Source of the DNA: an uncultured Verrucomicrobiae bacterium
GTDB lineage: Bacteria; Verrucomicrobiota; Verrucomicrobiia; Chthoniobacterales; UBA10450
Assembly (NCBI GenBank): GCA_963726745.1
Contig: CAVSDR010000006.1
Location: 768,001 to 832,000 of the forward strand
DNA: 64,000 bases
Direction: 5' to 3'
Shown here: piece by piece, positions 1 to 9,905 of the stretch
Layout of the letters: the number at the start of each line of letters is the position of its first letter
Position numbering within the stretch: position 1 is the first letter of the stretch
Program-made: the position numbers and the translations under genes
Notes under the pieces: generated by a model
Seen by the model: the letters and a program-made list of their open reading frames with translations, nothing else
Database searches by the model: none
What the model was told of the DNA's origin: nothing

Positions 1-527
1 GGGCCGGTGGAGCGCTCGTGCGCTGCCGGGTTCGCCGGGTTGCCGAACTGGTTCACGTAGAAAGCGCCGGGTATTTCCTCGGCCACCTTGGCGGCGACGT
101 CCTGGTAATATTCCGGATGTCCGCGCGTCACATCGGAGCGGGCCATGCGCACCTCCGCGCCGAGGGCGCGCACGTGCGAAATTTTCTCCTGCGACATCTT
201 GTCGGGAATGATCAGGACGCAGCGGTAGCCCTTGGCCGCAGCGATCAAGGCGAGGCCCAGGCCGGTATTGCCAGCGGTCGCTTCCACGATCGTGCCGCCG
301 GGTTCCAGCAAGCCTTCGCGCTCGGCTTCCTCGATCATCGCCAAAGCGACGCGGTCCTTGATTGAGCCGGTCGGATTCTGGTTTTCGAGCTTGAGGAAAA
401 GGCGGCAGGGACCGGTGTCCATCCGCGTGACCTCGACCAGCGGGGTGTCGCCGATCAGGCTGAGGATGGCCGGCGGTTTTCCGCGAGCGGCTTCGGCAGC
501 GAGGATTTCGGTAGGGGCAAGGGTCAT
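1..527 (-). CDS. PLP-dependent cystathionine beta-synthase / cysteine synthase family protein (3' end outside window)
   Basis: Own translation from ATG at 527: LIGDTPLVEV...KLENQNPTGSIKDRVA (PLP lysine)...VEATAGNTGLGLA...NQFGNPAN. Not in the ORF track because it runs off the window edge. Confidence 0.9.
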   Translation of the reverse strand, partial: MTLAPTEILAAEAARGKPPAILSLIGDTPLVEVTRMDTGPCRLFLKLENQNPTGSIKDRVALAMIEEAEREGLLEPGGTIVEATAGNTGLGLALIAAAKGYRCVLIIPDKMSQEKISHVRALGAEVRMARSDVTRGHPEYYQDVAAKVAEEIPGAFYVNQFGNPANPAAHERSTG

Positions 528-553
528 AAGAATTTAGTCAGCAGATTCTGGCT

Positions 554-1037
554 TTAGTGCGACCACTCGTCCTGGCTGTCGGCGAGGAATTGCTGGAGCA
601 CCGGGAAGCGGACTTCGCCATAATTTAGCGCGTAACGCAGGTCGCCGCCCTTGAAAACCCAGGTGGTCGGAATCCAGGTGACCGGGAGGTCGAGGAAGCG
701 CTTGAGCTTGTCGTCGCCGCGGCGCGGGCCGGGATCGGCCACGATGGTGACGTTCGGTTGCTCGCCGATCTCGTATTTCTTCAGCAGGTCGCGTCCGTCT
801 TCGCCACCGTTCCAGGCGGAGACGAAAATGAAGCGCGTCTCGGGGTTGTCCTTGACCATCTTGGTCCAGCCGCCGCTTTTCATTTCCGCGAGGCAATTCG
901 AGCACCAGGGGGCCCAGAGATGGACCACGGTGACAGACGGCGCTTTGATCGCTTCGGCGACCTGGGTTTCGGCCGGCGAGATCGCAAAAACCGCCGAGGC
1001 CAGGAACCAAAAAGACGAGCGAGAGGACGACTTTCAT
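554..1037 (-). CDS. Exported thioredoxin-like / TlpA-family protein (frameshift near 995)
   Basis: Signal-like MKVVLSLVFL start (ORF 534..1037) joins the frame carrying VHLWAPWCSNC (CxxC) and WIPTT (ORF 554..928). Confidence 0.8.
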
Positions 1038-1046
1038 CGGGAGAAA

Positions 1047-1081
1047 CGTTCAACGGCCAGCGCTCAACGTCCAACGTTCAA
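1047..1081 (+). repeat. Five tandem degenerate heptamers (consensus CGTYCAA)
   Basis: cgttcaa-cggccag-cgctcaa-cgtccaa-cgttcaa, intergenic. Confidence 0.8.
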
Positions 1082-1125
1082 TTCGGGCGCCCGGCCCCCC
1101 GGGCAATTCGCTGGGTCCGCCCCAG

Positions 1126-1154
1126 TTGACCACCCGGGGGAACCTGCCTACTTT
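1126..1154 (+). promoter_or_regulatory. Putative sigma70 promoter of rpsA
   Basis: TTGACC-17 bp-TACTTT about 100 nt upstream of the rpsA ATG. Confidence 0.55.
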
Positions 1155-1255
1155 CCCCTCCCCTTTTTCCACGGTGAGCGCGGCCTAAGGAACCATCGCT
1201 CCCAGCGGAAACGCGGCCCGCAGCACCTGCGGCCACGCCGGGGAAATCAACCGTT

Positions 1256-2929
1256 ATGGCACAAATGCAGGAACTGCTCGCGAAATCGTTTCGCGAATTC
1301 AAAGAGGGTAGCATCGTCAAGGGACGCGTCCTCGAAATCCGCCCCCGCGAAGTCATGGTCGACATCGGCTATAAATCCGAGGGCATCATCCCCGCGCACG
1401 AGTTCGACGATCTCGACTCGATGGAAGTGGGCGACGAAGTCGAAGTGCTCCTCGAGCGTCTCGAAAACGACGAAGGCATGGTCATCCTCTCGAAGGAGAA
1501 GGCCGCCTATCGCCAGAACTGGAACAAGATCGCCGCGGTCTTCGCGGGCGACGGCCTGATCAAGGGCAAGGTGAAGTCGGTCGTCAAAGGCGGCCTCATG
1601 GTCAACATCGGCGTCGAGGCATTCTTGCCCGCGTCGCAGATCGACATCATCCCGCCGAAGGATCTCCAGCAATTCGTCGGCAACACCTACGATTTCAAGA
1701 TCGTCAAAATCAACGACGACCGGAAGAACGTCGTCCTCTCCCGCCGCGAGCTCATCGAGCAGGAGCGGAGCGAGAAGCGCCAGAAATTCCTCGAAGGCGT
1801 CAAGGTCGGCGACATGGTCAACGGCAGCGTCAAGAACCTGACCGACTTCGGTGCCTTCATCGATCTCGACGGCATGGACGGCTTGCTCCACATCACCGAC
1901 ATGACCTGGGGTCGCCTCGGCCACCCGAGCGAATTGCTCAAGGTCGGCCAGCCGCTCGAAGTCATCGTGCTCGACATCAACAAGGAGAAGGAGCGCGTCT
2001 CGTTAGGCCTGAAGCAGACCCAGAAGAATCCCTGGGATCAAATCGAAGAGCGCTTCCCCGCCGGCCAGAAGGTCAAGGGCAAGATCACCAACCTCGTGCC
2101 TTACGGCGCGTTCGTGGAACTGGAAGAAGGCGTCGAAGGCCTCATCCACGTCTCCGAGTTGTCCTGGACGAAGCGCATCATGCGTCCTTCCGATGTCCTC
2201 ACGCAGGGCCAGGAAGTCGAAGCGGTCGTGCTTGGCGTGAACAAGGAAGAGCAGAAAATCTCGCTCGGCCTGCGTCAGCTCGAAGCCAATCCATGGGATG
2301 AGATCGAGAAGAAATTCACCATCGGCAGCCGCGTAAAGGGCCAGATCCGCAACATGACCGCCTACGGCGCGTTCGTGGAGCTGGAAGACGGCATCGACGG
2401 CATGATCCACGTCTCCGACTTGAGCTGGACCCGCAAGATCAATCACCCGTCGGAAGTCTTTAAGAAGAACGACGAGGTCGAAGCCGAAGTCATCGACATC
2501 GACAAGACCAACCAGCGGATCAGCCTCGGCATTAAGCAACTGAGCGACGATCCGTGGAAGGAAATCGATCAGAAGTACAAGATCGGCGATCTGGTGAAGG
2601 GCAAAGTGACCAAGCTCGCGAGCTTCGGCGCCTTTGTGCAATTAGCCGACGACATCGACGGCCTGGTCCACATCTCGCAGCTGAGCGAAGAGCACGTGAC
2701 CAAGGTGAAGGACATCCTCAAGGTCGGGCAGGAAGTGGAAGCCCGCGTGATCAAGGTCGACAAAGTCGAGCGCCGCATCGGTCTCTCGATCAAGGCCGCG
2801 AACTACAGCGAGGAAGACCTCAAGCGCGAATCCGAAGCGTTCGACAATCTCCGCCCCGGCGAAGACATGGTCGGCCTGGAGAAAGCGTTCGAAGCCGCCG
2901 AGGAGGACTACCGTCCCGGGCAGAAGTAA
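1256..2929 (+). CDS. rpsA: 30S ribosomal protein S1
   Basis: 557 aa with repeated S1 domains (FGAFIDLDGMDGLLHITDMTW, YGAFVELEEGVEGLIHVSELSW). Confidence 0.99.
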   Translation: MAQMQELLAKSFREFKEGSIVKGRVLEIRPREVMVDIGYKSEGIIPAHEFDDLDSMEVGDEVEVLLERLENDEGMVILSKEKAAYRQNWNKIAAVFAGDGLIKGKVKSVVKGGLMVNIGVEAFLPASQIDIIPPKDLQQFVGNTYDFKIVKINDDRKNVVLSRRELIEQERSEKRQKFLEGVKVGDMVNGSVKNLTDFGAFIDLDGMDGLLHITDMTWGRLGHPSELLKVGQPLEVIVLDINKEKERVSLGLKQTQKNPWDQIEERFPAGQKVKGKITNLVPYGAFVELEEGVEGLIHVSELSWTKRIMRPSDVLTQGQEVEAVVLGVNKEEQKISLGLRQLEANPWDEIEKKFTIGSRVKGQIRNMTAYGAFVELEDGIDGMIHVSDLSWTRKINHPSEVFKKNDEVEAEVIDIDKTNQRISLGIKQLSDDPWKEIDQKYKIGDLVKGKVTKLASFGAFVQLADDIDGLVHISQLSEEHVTKVKDILKVGQEVEARVIKVDKVERRIGLSIKAANYSEEDLKRESEAFDNLRPGEDMVGLEKAFEAAEEDYRPGQK

Positions 2930-2961
2930 GCCGCACCGCAGATCGCTGCGAGAAATTCAAT

Positions 2962-2998
2962 CGGGGAGGCAACGCGTGTTGCCTCCCCGGTTTTGTTT
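2962..2998 (+). terminator. Intrinsic terminator of rpsA
   Basis: 12-bp stem cggggaggcaac/gttgcctccccg with 4-nt loop followed by ttttgttt. Confidence 0.85.
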
Positions 2999-3262
2999 CG
3001 GGACGAGAACGCGCGCGGGCGTCCCGCAATTAATCACCGCCACCCCGCGATCAAGGCACTCGGCAACGCGGGCTCCTTTAATCTCGATTTGCCGCCGACA
3101 CGCTGCTGAAGCGCATCCGCTCGGCCGGCGGCATGAATTTCTGCTCCGACGGGAACGCCAAGGGCACCATCGATGGTGGTGACGCGTTGTTGTGCGCTGC
3201 CAAGAAAAGGCGGCCTTAGGGCGATTGGAACGTGTAGGTAAGTTGCGCTATGGTCGTCACTT

Positions 3263-3278
3263 CGGCACGGCTTTTGCG
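3263..3278 (+). promoter_or_regulatory. Putative sigma54 (-24/-12) promoter
   Basis: cGGCACggcttTTGCg: exact GG-N10-GC spacing, 20 nt upstream of ATG 3298. Confidence 0.65.
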
Positions 3279-3297
3279 CATTTTTTCAATCTCATCC

Positions 3298-5519
3298 ATG
3301 CGCTTTTGCCTCGTTGTTCTATCTCATTGTCTCCGTTAGCCTGCGGCCTGCGCGTGCCGATACCGCGATCACGTTTACCCGCGCCGAGGTCACGACCATG
3401 GCCGGTCTGTGGGAAACCGATTCGATCGCGCTCACGCCGCTCGCGAACTCGCAATACCCCGCCTATTCGAGCAACTGGCAGTTCATCTTTCCGCATACCA
3501 GCGTCTCCGGCGACGGCGATATTCACAGCGACATGGCCGTCGACAGCAGCGGCACCGGGAAAGCTGGGAACAACAGCGGCGCCTCGCCCATCGTCACCGA
3601 GGTGATCAACGCCACCTCCGCGCAACTCACGGCGCTCAATACCCGCAGCGGCCGCCAGCAAATCTTCCGCGGCATCTTTCGCTTCTATACCGAGCACGCG
3701 TCGGAGCGGCACTTCGAGCTCCATCCGGTGACGGAGTTGCTGGCCTACAACGGCTCCAGCTTCGTGCCCGACCTCGATTACCACTCGAATATCTACGCCG
3801 ACCCGAACGGCACGACGCACTCCGACAGCACCTTGCTCGGCCTCTTTAATGGGGCCCAAAAAGTCACCGCCACGATCGGGAGCGATAACAACCAGGTCGC
3901 TTTCACCTTCGCCAGCCCAAGCGTCAACTACGCGCAGTTCAACGGGGTCGCTTTGAGCGCGGTGCAGAACGATGGCGTAAGCCAGTATTTCCTTTTCCAA
4001 CCCTCGATCTCGCCCACGACCACGGTGCGCTGCCGGCTGGTGGCGAACACCGCCGCCGCGACGGCCGCCGCCGGCTTAAGCGCGAACCAGTCGCTCACGG
4101 TCAATGTGCTGACTCGCACCGACATGGGCGCCGTCGCTTCGCAGATTTCTCCGCTGACCGCCGGGCAAAGCAAAACCTTCCCCCGCCCGATCGAGTTGAT
4201 CGTGCTCGGGGTGCTCAACGTCGGCCCCGGCGGAACCCCAACGCCTACGCCTTCGCCCACGGCGTCGCCCACGGCCACCCCTTCGCCGTCACCGACGGCC
4301 ACGCCCACACCGACGCCCGGCGCGGGTCAGGTCTTCACCAGTGCGAGCTCGATCGGCTTGAGCGGAAGCAACGGCGGCCGCAGCCTCCCTTACCCCGCGG
4401 CGATCAACGTCAGTGCCGTCGTTGGGAAAATCACCAAGGTGAGCGCGCGGCTAAACAACGCCAGCCAGCCGAGCAGCAGTTGGGCGCTCGATCTTCGGAT
4501 CGTCCTCGTAGGGCCGACCGGTCAAAGCGTAGCCTTGATGTCGAACGCCGGCGGCTCCTACTCGCTTGGCGGGGTGACCGTCACCTTTGACGATGCCGCC
4601 GCGAGCGCGCTCCCGAAAACCAGCGCGATCGCCACCGGCAGCTATCGACCGGCGAACTACACCAGCGGCAGTCTCAACATGCCGTCGCCTGCGCCCAGCG
4701 CCACGCCCGGGAGCACCTTGGCGCTATTCAATGGCAGCAATCCCAAACGGCACCTGGAATCTTTACATCTACGACAGCTACAGCTCCGGCAGCGGCTCGG
4801 TCGCGGGCGGCTGGAGCCTCACCTTCGAGACGCAAGCGGTCGCGCCAGACGTGCTCTCGAAAGCCGCGACCACGGTCCGCAGCAGCAGCGCGATCTTGAA
4901 TGGAACGGTCAATCCCTTCGGACAGCCGACAACCTGGCGTTTCCAGTTTGGCCCGGACGCCAATTACGGGAACGATCAGCCATGGCAAAATGCCGGCAGC
5001 GGCACCGCGGCGGCCAATGTCAGCGTGCCGCTGACCGGATTGCTACCGGCGACGACCTATCACTTCCGCCTGGCGGCGACGAATGCCACCGGCACGACTA
5101 ATGGCGCCGATCTCAGCTTTACCACCCCCGCCGCGGTCGACTCCGATGGCGATGGCATGCCGAACGATTACGAGACCGATAACGGCTTCGATCCCGCCAA
5201 TGCGGCCGACGCCGCGCTCGATGCGGATGGCGATGGGATGACCAATCTCCAGGAATACCTTGCCGGGACAAACCCGCGCGTGGCCGCCAGCGTGCTTCGC
5301 CCCACGTCGGTCCTGCGCGATGGCGAGGATTTTGCCATCACCTTCCCCTCGGTCCTTGGGAAAATGTATCGCGTGGAAGCCGCGGAGAGCACCGCCGGGC
5401 CTTGGATGACGTTGCAGGACCATCTTCCCGGCACCGGCGATCCGCTGCTCGTGAGCGACACCGAAGCGTTCGATCTGCACCCGCGCCGCGTTTATCGCAT
5501 CAGCGTGGTGCAACCCTGA
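3298..5519 (+). CDS. Large secreted multidomain protein: unknown N-domain, Pro/Thr linker, proprotein-convertase P-like domain, Fn3-like domain, DxDxDG Ca-binding repeats (two apparent frameshifts)
   Basis: Removing one T near 3305 gives signal peptide MRFASLFYLIVSVSLRPARA; removing one A near 4747 joins NGSNP to NGTWNLYIYD (ORFs 3314..5101 and 4587..5519); DSDGDGMPNDYE and DADGDGMTNLQEYLAGTNP. Confidence 0.75.
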
Positions 5520-5529
5520 CGAGCACGCG

Positions 5530-6114
5530 CTAAAGCGGCAGCTGCAGCTTCAGCTCGCGGTTCTCGGCGAGGGCCGTTTCCAGTTCCTCGACGCGTGCGT
5601 TCAGGCTTTCCTGGAGCGCGAGAATGCGCGCACCCACGCTTAAACGAGCGCGCAATTCCTCCTTATCGAAGGGCTTGGTCAGGTAATCATCCGCGCCGGC
5701 ACGCAGGCCTTCGACCAGCCGTTCTTTCCCGGCGCGCGCCGTGAGCAGGAGGATGTAAACCGACTTGCTGATCTCGCGCAGGCGCCGGCAAATCTCCGGG
5801 CCTTCCATTCCCGGCATCATCCAATCGAGGATCGCGAGCACCGGCTCGTTTTGCGCGCGCAGCGCTTCCATCGCTTCGCGCCCATCCGCCGCCACGATCA
5901 CCTGGTAACCCCACTTCCCCAAAGTGCTGGCTAAAATTTCCCGGGAGACGGCGTCGTCTTCCGCGACCACGACTTTGCGCAGCGCGGCCAGGCCAGCATC
6001 GGTCTTTTCGCCGAGGCGCGTCTCAGGCAGCGGCGGCGGCAAGACCGCTGCGGGCGGCGGGGCCAGCTCCGGCCCGGCAATGTTCCAGCTCGGTGAGAAT
6101 GGGATCGATTTCAT
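5530..6114 (-). CDS. Response-regulator receiver domain, probably the C-terminal part of the upstream hybrid kinase
   Basis: [33 protein letters not shown]; no output domain; overlaps the kinase ORF by 92 bp. Confidence 0.85.
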   Translation of the reverse strand: MKSIPFSPSWNIAGPELAPPPAAVLPPPLPETRLGEKTDAGLAALRKVVVAEDDAVSREILASTLGKWGYQVIVAADGREAMEALRAQNEPVLAILDWMMPGMEGPEICRRLREISKSVYILLLTARAGKERLVEGLRAGADDYLTKPFDKEELRARLSVGARILALQESLNARVEELETALAENRELKLQLPL

Positions 6115-8401
6115 ATTTTAGTTCTGCGATGCGCTCGTCCAACCCGGCGAGCTGTTGAGTCCCGGCAAATTCCTCAATCTCGGCCGCGACCTGTGCCGCC
6201 TGCGTGGCGCCGATGTTGCCTAACGAGCCGCGCAGCGTGTGCGCCCGGCGTGCGATCGCCGGCGCATCGCCGGCCGCGTGTTCCTGCTCCAGCTGCGCGA
6301 GCAATCCCGGCGTGCCCTCGAGGAATAACTCCGCGACCCGTGCGAGCAATTCCTCGTCGCCGTCGAATTGCGCGAGCAGCTGCGCGGTCGAGAACGCACT
6401 CCGCGCGGCCGGCTGACCAGCCACCGGCACGCTCGTGGCCAGGCCGCACAGGCGATCGACCGCGGCGCGAACTTTCTCCAGGGAAACAGGCTTCGAGATG
6501 TAATCGTCCATCCCCGCGGCCAGGCAGCGCTCGCGATCGTCGGCGCCGGCGCGCGCGGTCATGGCAATGATCGGGGTGTGGCGGCCGAGGCGGGTTTCGT
6601 TTTGGCGAATGCGAGCCGTCGCCTGGAGGCCATCGAGTTCCGGCATTTGCACGTCCATCAGGATGGCGTCGTAACGCTGCCGCCGCGCGAGCTCGACCGC
6701 TTCGCGGCCGTTCGTTGCCTGGGCGACTTCGTGCCCGTCCTTCGCGAGAATGCCGGAAGCGACCGCGCGATTGACGGCATTATCATCCACCACCAGGACC
6801 TGGAGCGTGATCATCGGCCGCGTCACGGATACGGCGCTCGACGGGGTCTCGCGTCGCGCAGGCGCGGTCTCGGCCGTGGCCAGGCCGACGGTGAAATGGA
6901 AAGTGCTTCCGGCATTGGGCGCGCTTTCGAGCGCGAGGCTGCCTTTCATCAAGGCCACCAGCTGCATGGAAATCGACAGCCCCAGGCCGGTGCCGCCGTA
7001 TTCCCGCGTGGTCGAGGAATCCGCCTGCGCGAACGCCTCAAAAATCAGCGCCTGCTTCTCGAGCGGAATGCCGATGCCGGTGTCGCGCACGGAGAAGCGC
7101 AACCCCACCTCGGCGCCGGCCACTTCCGCGGTCTGCACTCGCACTTCGATCCGGCCGGCCGGGGTAAACTTGATCGCGTTTTCGATCAAGTTCATCAGCA
7201 CCTGCCGCAGGCGCATGGCGTCGCCGGTGACGTACTCCGGCACCGCCGGGTCGACGGTGCACTCGAGCGTGAGGCCCTTGGTGCGCGCGCGCGTGGCCAG
7301 CGGACGGACGGTTCGCTCGAGCACCTCGTGGAGCGAGAAAGGTCGCGCTTCCAGGAGTACGCGGCCGGCCTCGATCTTGGCGAAATCAAGCAGCTGATTG
7401 ATCAACTCCAGGAGCCCGTCGGCCGAGTGCTTCACCATGTCGAGGTAATCGCGCTGCGTGCTCGAAAGCTCGGTTTCAAGCGCGAGCGCGGTCACGCCGA
7501 TGATGCCATTCAGAGGCGTGCGCACTTCGTGGCTGATGTTCGCGAGGAAGTCGCTCTTGGCTTGGTTTGCGGCCTCGGCGTGTTCCTTCGCGCGAACGAG
7601 TTGCTCGCGCCGTTCGGCCAGGAGAACGCTCGCTTCCGCGCAGGCCAGGCCCAGTTTTCCAATCTCGTCGTTGCCCTTGATCGAGATCCGCAGCGGCCGC
7701 TCGTCCTTCAAGGCCTCGGCTGCTTCTGCGATCATCTCCAGCCGGCGCACGACGCTGCGAGAAAAGAGTGTGACCGCGCCGATCCCGATGCCGACGCCGG
7801 CAAACAAAATGAGCGACAGCGCCAACGCGGTGTTCCGGGCGACGGCGGCAGCGCGCTGCTGGCGCACGCCGAGCAAGCGGTCTTCCTCGGCCAGGAATTC
7901 CTGCACGGTCTCGCGCACGGTTTGCATCACCTGGTTTCCCTCCTTTAGCTTGGAGCGCAATTCCTGCGGCGAACGTCCGGCGCCAAACTCGCGCAAGACC
8001 AGGTCGATGAGATCAAGCCGACGCTGGACCATCGGGCGAATGAGGTCGCGAAGATGGTCGGTTTGCAAAGGGTTATCCGAGACCAGGTCGGCGAGATCGG
8101 CGATCGCATGCGGCAATTGCCCCGCCGCCCGGTCTTGCGGCGCGAGGAAGCTCGGGTCGCTCGTGAGCAGATAGCCGCGCATTCCGGTCTCGCTGTCGAC
8201 CAGCAAAGTCAGGAGCAATTGCGCCTGCTGTTTAACCTGGAAGGTGTGGCTGACCCAGCGACCGGCCTCGGCATTCTTGTGCTGCGCGCCGAAGAAAAGG
8301 GCCGTCACCAAAAGCATCGCCACGATCGGTCCGGCGAGGACGATCAGGCTTTTGACCCGGATGGAGAGGTTACGCCAGCTGGCGTGGACGAGAGCGAACA
8401 T
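6023..8401 (-). CDS. Hybrid sensor histidine kinase CHASE3-(HAMP)-HisKA-HATPase-REC-Hpt
   Basis: Two TM helices; [12 protein letters not shown] (CHASE3); [56 protein letters not shown] (Hpt). Confidence 0.95.
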   Translation of the reverse strand: MFALVHASWRNLSIRVKSLIVLAGPIVAMLLVTALFFGAQHKNAEAGRWVSHTFQVKQQAQLLLTLLVDSETGMRGYLLTSDPSFLAPQDRAAGQLPHAIADLADLVSDNPLQTDHLRDLIRPMVQRRLDLIDLVLREFGAGRSPQELRSKLKEGNQVMQTVRETVQEFLAEEDRLLGVRQQRAAAVARNTALALSLILFAGVGIGIGAVTLFSRSVVRRLEMIAEAAEALKDERPLRISIKGNDEIGKLGLACAEASVLLAERREQLVRAKEHAEAANQAKSDFLANISHEVRTPLNGIIGVTALALETELSSTQRDYLDMVKHSADGLLELINQLLDFAKIEAGRVLLEARPFSLHEVLERTVRPLATRARTKGLTLECTVDPAVPEYVTGDAMRLRQVLMNLIENAIKFTPAGRIEVRVQTAEVAGAEVGLRFSVRDTGIGIPLEKQALIFEAFAQADSSTTREYGGTGLGLSISMQLVALMKGSLALESAPNAGSTFHFTVGLATAETAPARRETPSSAVSVTRPMITLQVLVVDDNAVNRAVASGILAKDGHEVAQATNGREAVELARRQRYDAILMDVQMPELDGLQATARIRQNETRLGRHTPIIAMTARAGADDRERCLAAGMDDYISKPVSLEKVRAAVDRLCGLATSVPVAGQPAARSAFSTAQLLAQFDGDEELLARVAELFLEGTPGLLAQLEQEHAAGDAPAIARRAHTLRGSLGNIGATQAAQVAAEIEEFAGTQQLAGLDERIAELKYEIDPILTELEHCRAGAGPAARSGLAAAAA

Positions 8402-8461
8402 GCACTTTTGCGGAAGCTGCTCCGTCCTAAGCAGCTTGCGTGCACAGCCTGAGAGCGCTGG

Positions 8462-9850
8462 CTAAAATTCCGCGCTGCCGGGGGTGCGGGCGAAGGGGAT
8501 CACGTCGCGAATGTTCCCCACCCCGGTGACAAACATGAGCATGCGCTCAAACCCGAGCCCAAAGCCGGCGTGCGGCACGGTCCCGTAGCGGCGCAGGTCG
8601 AGATACCATTTGTAATCCGCCGGATCGAGCTGGTGCCGGCGCATGTTCGCTTCCAGGATCTCGAGCCGCTCCTCGCGCTGGCTGCCGCCCACGATCTCGC
8701 CGATGCCGGGCACGAGCACGTCCATCGCGGTCACCGTGGCGTCGTCGTCGTTCAAGCGCATGTAGAACGGCTTAATTTCCTTCGGATAATTGAAGACCGT
8801 CACCGGACACTTGAAGTGCTTCTCGGTGAGCCAGCGCTCGTGCTCCGACTGGAGATTGGCGCCGTAGGCGACGGGGAATTCGAACTTCTCGCCGCTGTCA
8901 GTCAGCAACTTCACCGCCTCGGTGTAGCTGATCCGCTGGAACGGCCGGTCGAGGACGAAGTCGAGCCGCGCGAGCAGTTCCTTGTCGACGAATTTGCCGA
9001 AAAGCTCGAGCTCGTCCGGGCAATGCGCGCGGATGTCGCGGATGAGGTATTTCACCAGCTCCTCGGCCACGTCCATGTTGCCGCCTAAATCGCAGAAGGC
9101 CATCTCCGGCTCGATCATCCAGAACTCGTTCGCATGGCGCGAGGTGTTCGAGTTCTCCGCGCGGAAGGTGGGGCCGAAGGTGTAGACGTTCTTCAAAGCG
9201 CAGGCAAAAGCCTCGGCCTCGAGCTGGCCGCTGACGGTGAGGTAGGTCGAGCGGGCAAAGAAATCCTGCGCGTAATCGATCTCGCCGTTTTCCTTCTTCG
9301 GCGGGTTCTTGGCGTCGATCGTGGTGATGCGGAAAAGTTCGCCGGCGCCCTCGCAATCGCTCCCGGTAATGATCGGCGTGTGGATGTAAACGAAGCCGCG
9401 CTCCTGGAAGAAAGAGTGGATCGCGTAAGCCAGCCGGCTGCGCACGCGGAAGACCGAGCCGAAGAGATTCGAGCGCGGGCGCAGATGCGAAATCTCACGT
9501 AGAAACTCGGGCGTGTGCCCTTTCTTCTGCAGCGGATACGTGTCGTCGGAGGGCCCGACGATCGTGATCTCCTCGGCGATCACCTCCCAGGCCTGGCCTT
9601 TCCCCTGCGACGCGACGAGCTGTCCACGCACAGAAATCGAGGCGCCGGTGATGAGGTGCTGGACCTCGGCGTAATTAGACAGCGAATCGCGCGCGATGAT
9701 CTGCAGGTTCTTGAGCGAAGAGCCGTCGTTGAGCTCGATGAAGGAAAAGCCCTTCGAGTCGCGCCGGGTGCGCACCCAGCCCTGGATCAGGATCGCATCA
9801 GCCGGTTCCGCGCTTTGCAGCGCCGCCTTTACTCGCGTCGGAGAAATCAT
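8462..9850 (-). CDS. asnS: Asparagine--tRNA ligase
   Basis: GWVRTRR OB-fold, YLTVSGQL, FGPTFRAENSNTSRH, HAGFGLGFER; start taken at MISPTRV. Confidence 0.97.
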   Translation of the reverse strand: MISPTRVKAALQSAEPADAILIQGWVRTRRDSKGFSFIELNDGSSLKNLQIIARDSLSNYAEVQHLITGASISVRGQLVASQGKGQAWEVIAEEITIVGPSDDTYPLQKKGHTPEFLREISHLRPRSNLFGSVFRVRSRLAYAIHSFFQERGFVYIHTPIITGSDCEGAGELFRITTIDAKNPPKKENGEIDYAQDFFARSTYLTVSGQLEAEAFACALKNVYTFGPTFRAENSNTSRHANEFWMIEPEMAFCDLGGNMDVAEELVKYLIRDIRAHCPDELELFGKFVDKELLARLDFVLDRPFQRISYTEAVKLLTDSGEKFEFPVAYGANLQSEHERWLTEKHFKCPVTVFNYPKEIKPFYMRLNDDDATVTAMDVLVPGIGEIVGGSQREERLEILEANMRRHQLDPADYKWYLDLRRYGTVPHAGFGLGFERMLMFVTGVGNIRDVIPFARTPGSAEF

Positions 9851-9905
9851 CGGAGCGCACTTTCGCGGCAGCGCGGCATCCGACAAGTGAAACGACAACC
9901 AGCGC

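Noticed and set aside
3030..3220. Short coding-like stretch after the rpsA terminator
   Set aside because: No credible start or recognisable motif; cannot be supported as a gene or remnant.
4234..4320. Repetitive DNA in the surface-protein gene (also 26700-28200)
   Set aside because: Low-complexity Pro/Thr linker and Ala/Lys coiled-coil coding, not CRISPR or a mobile repeat.
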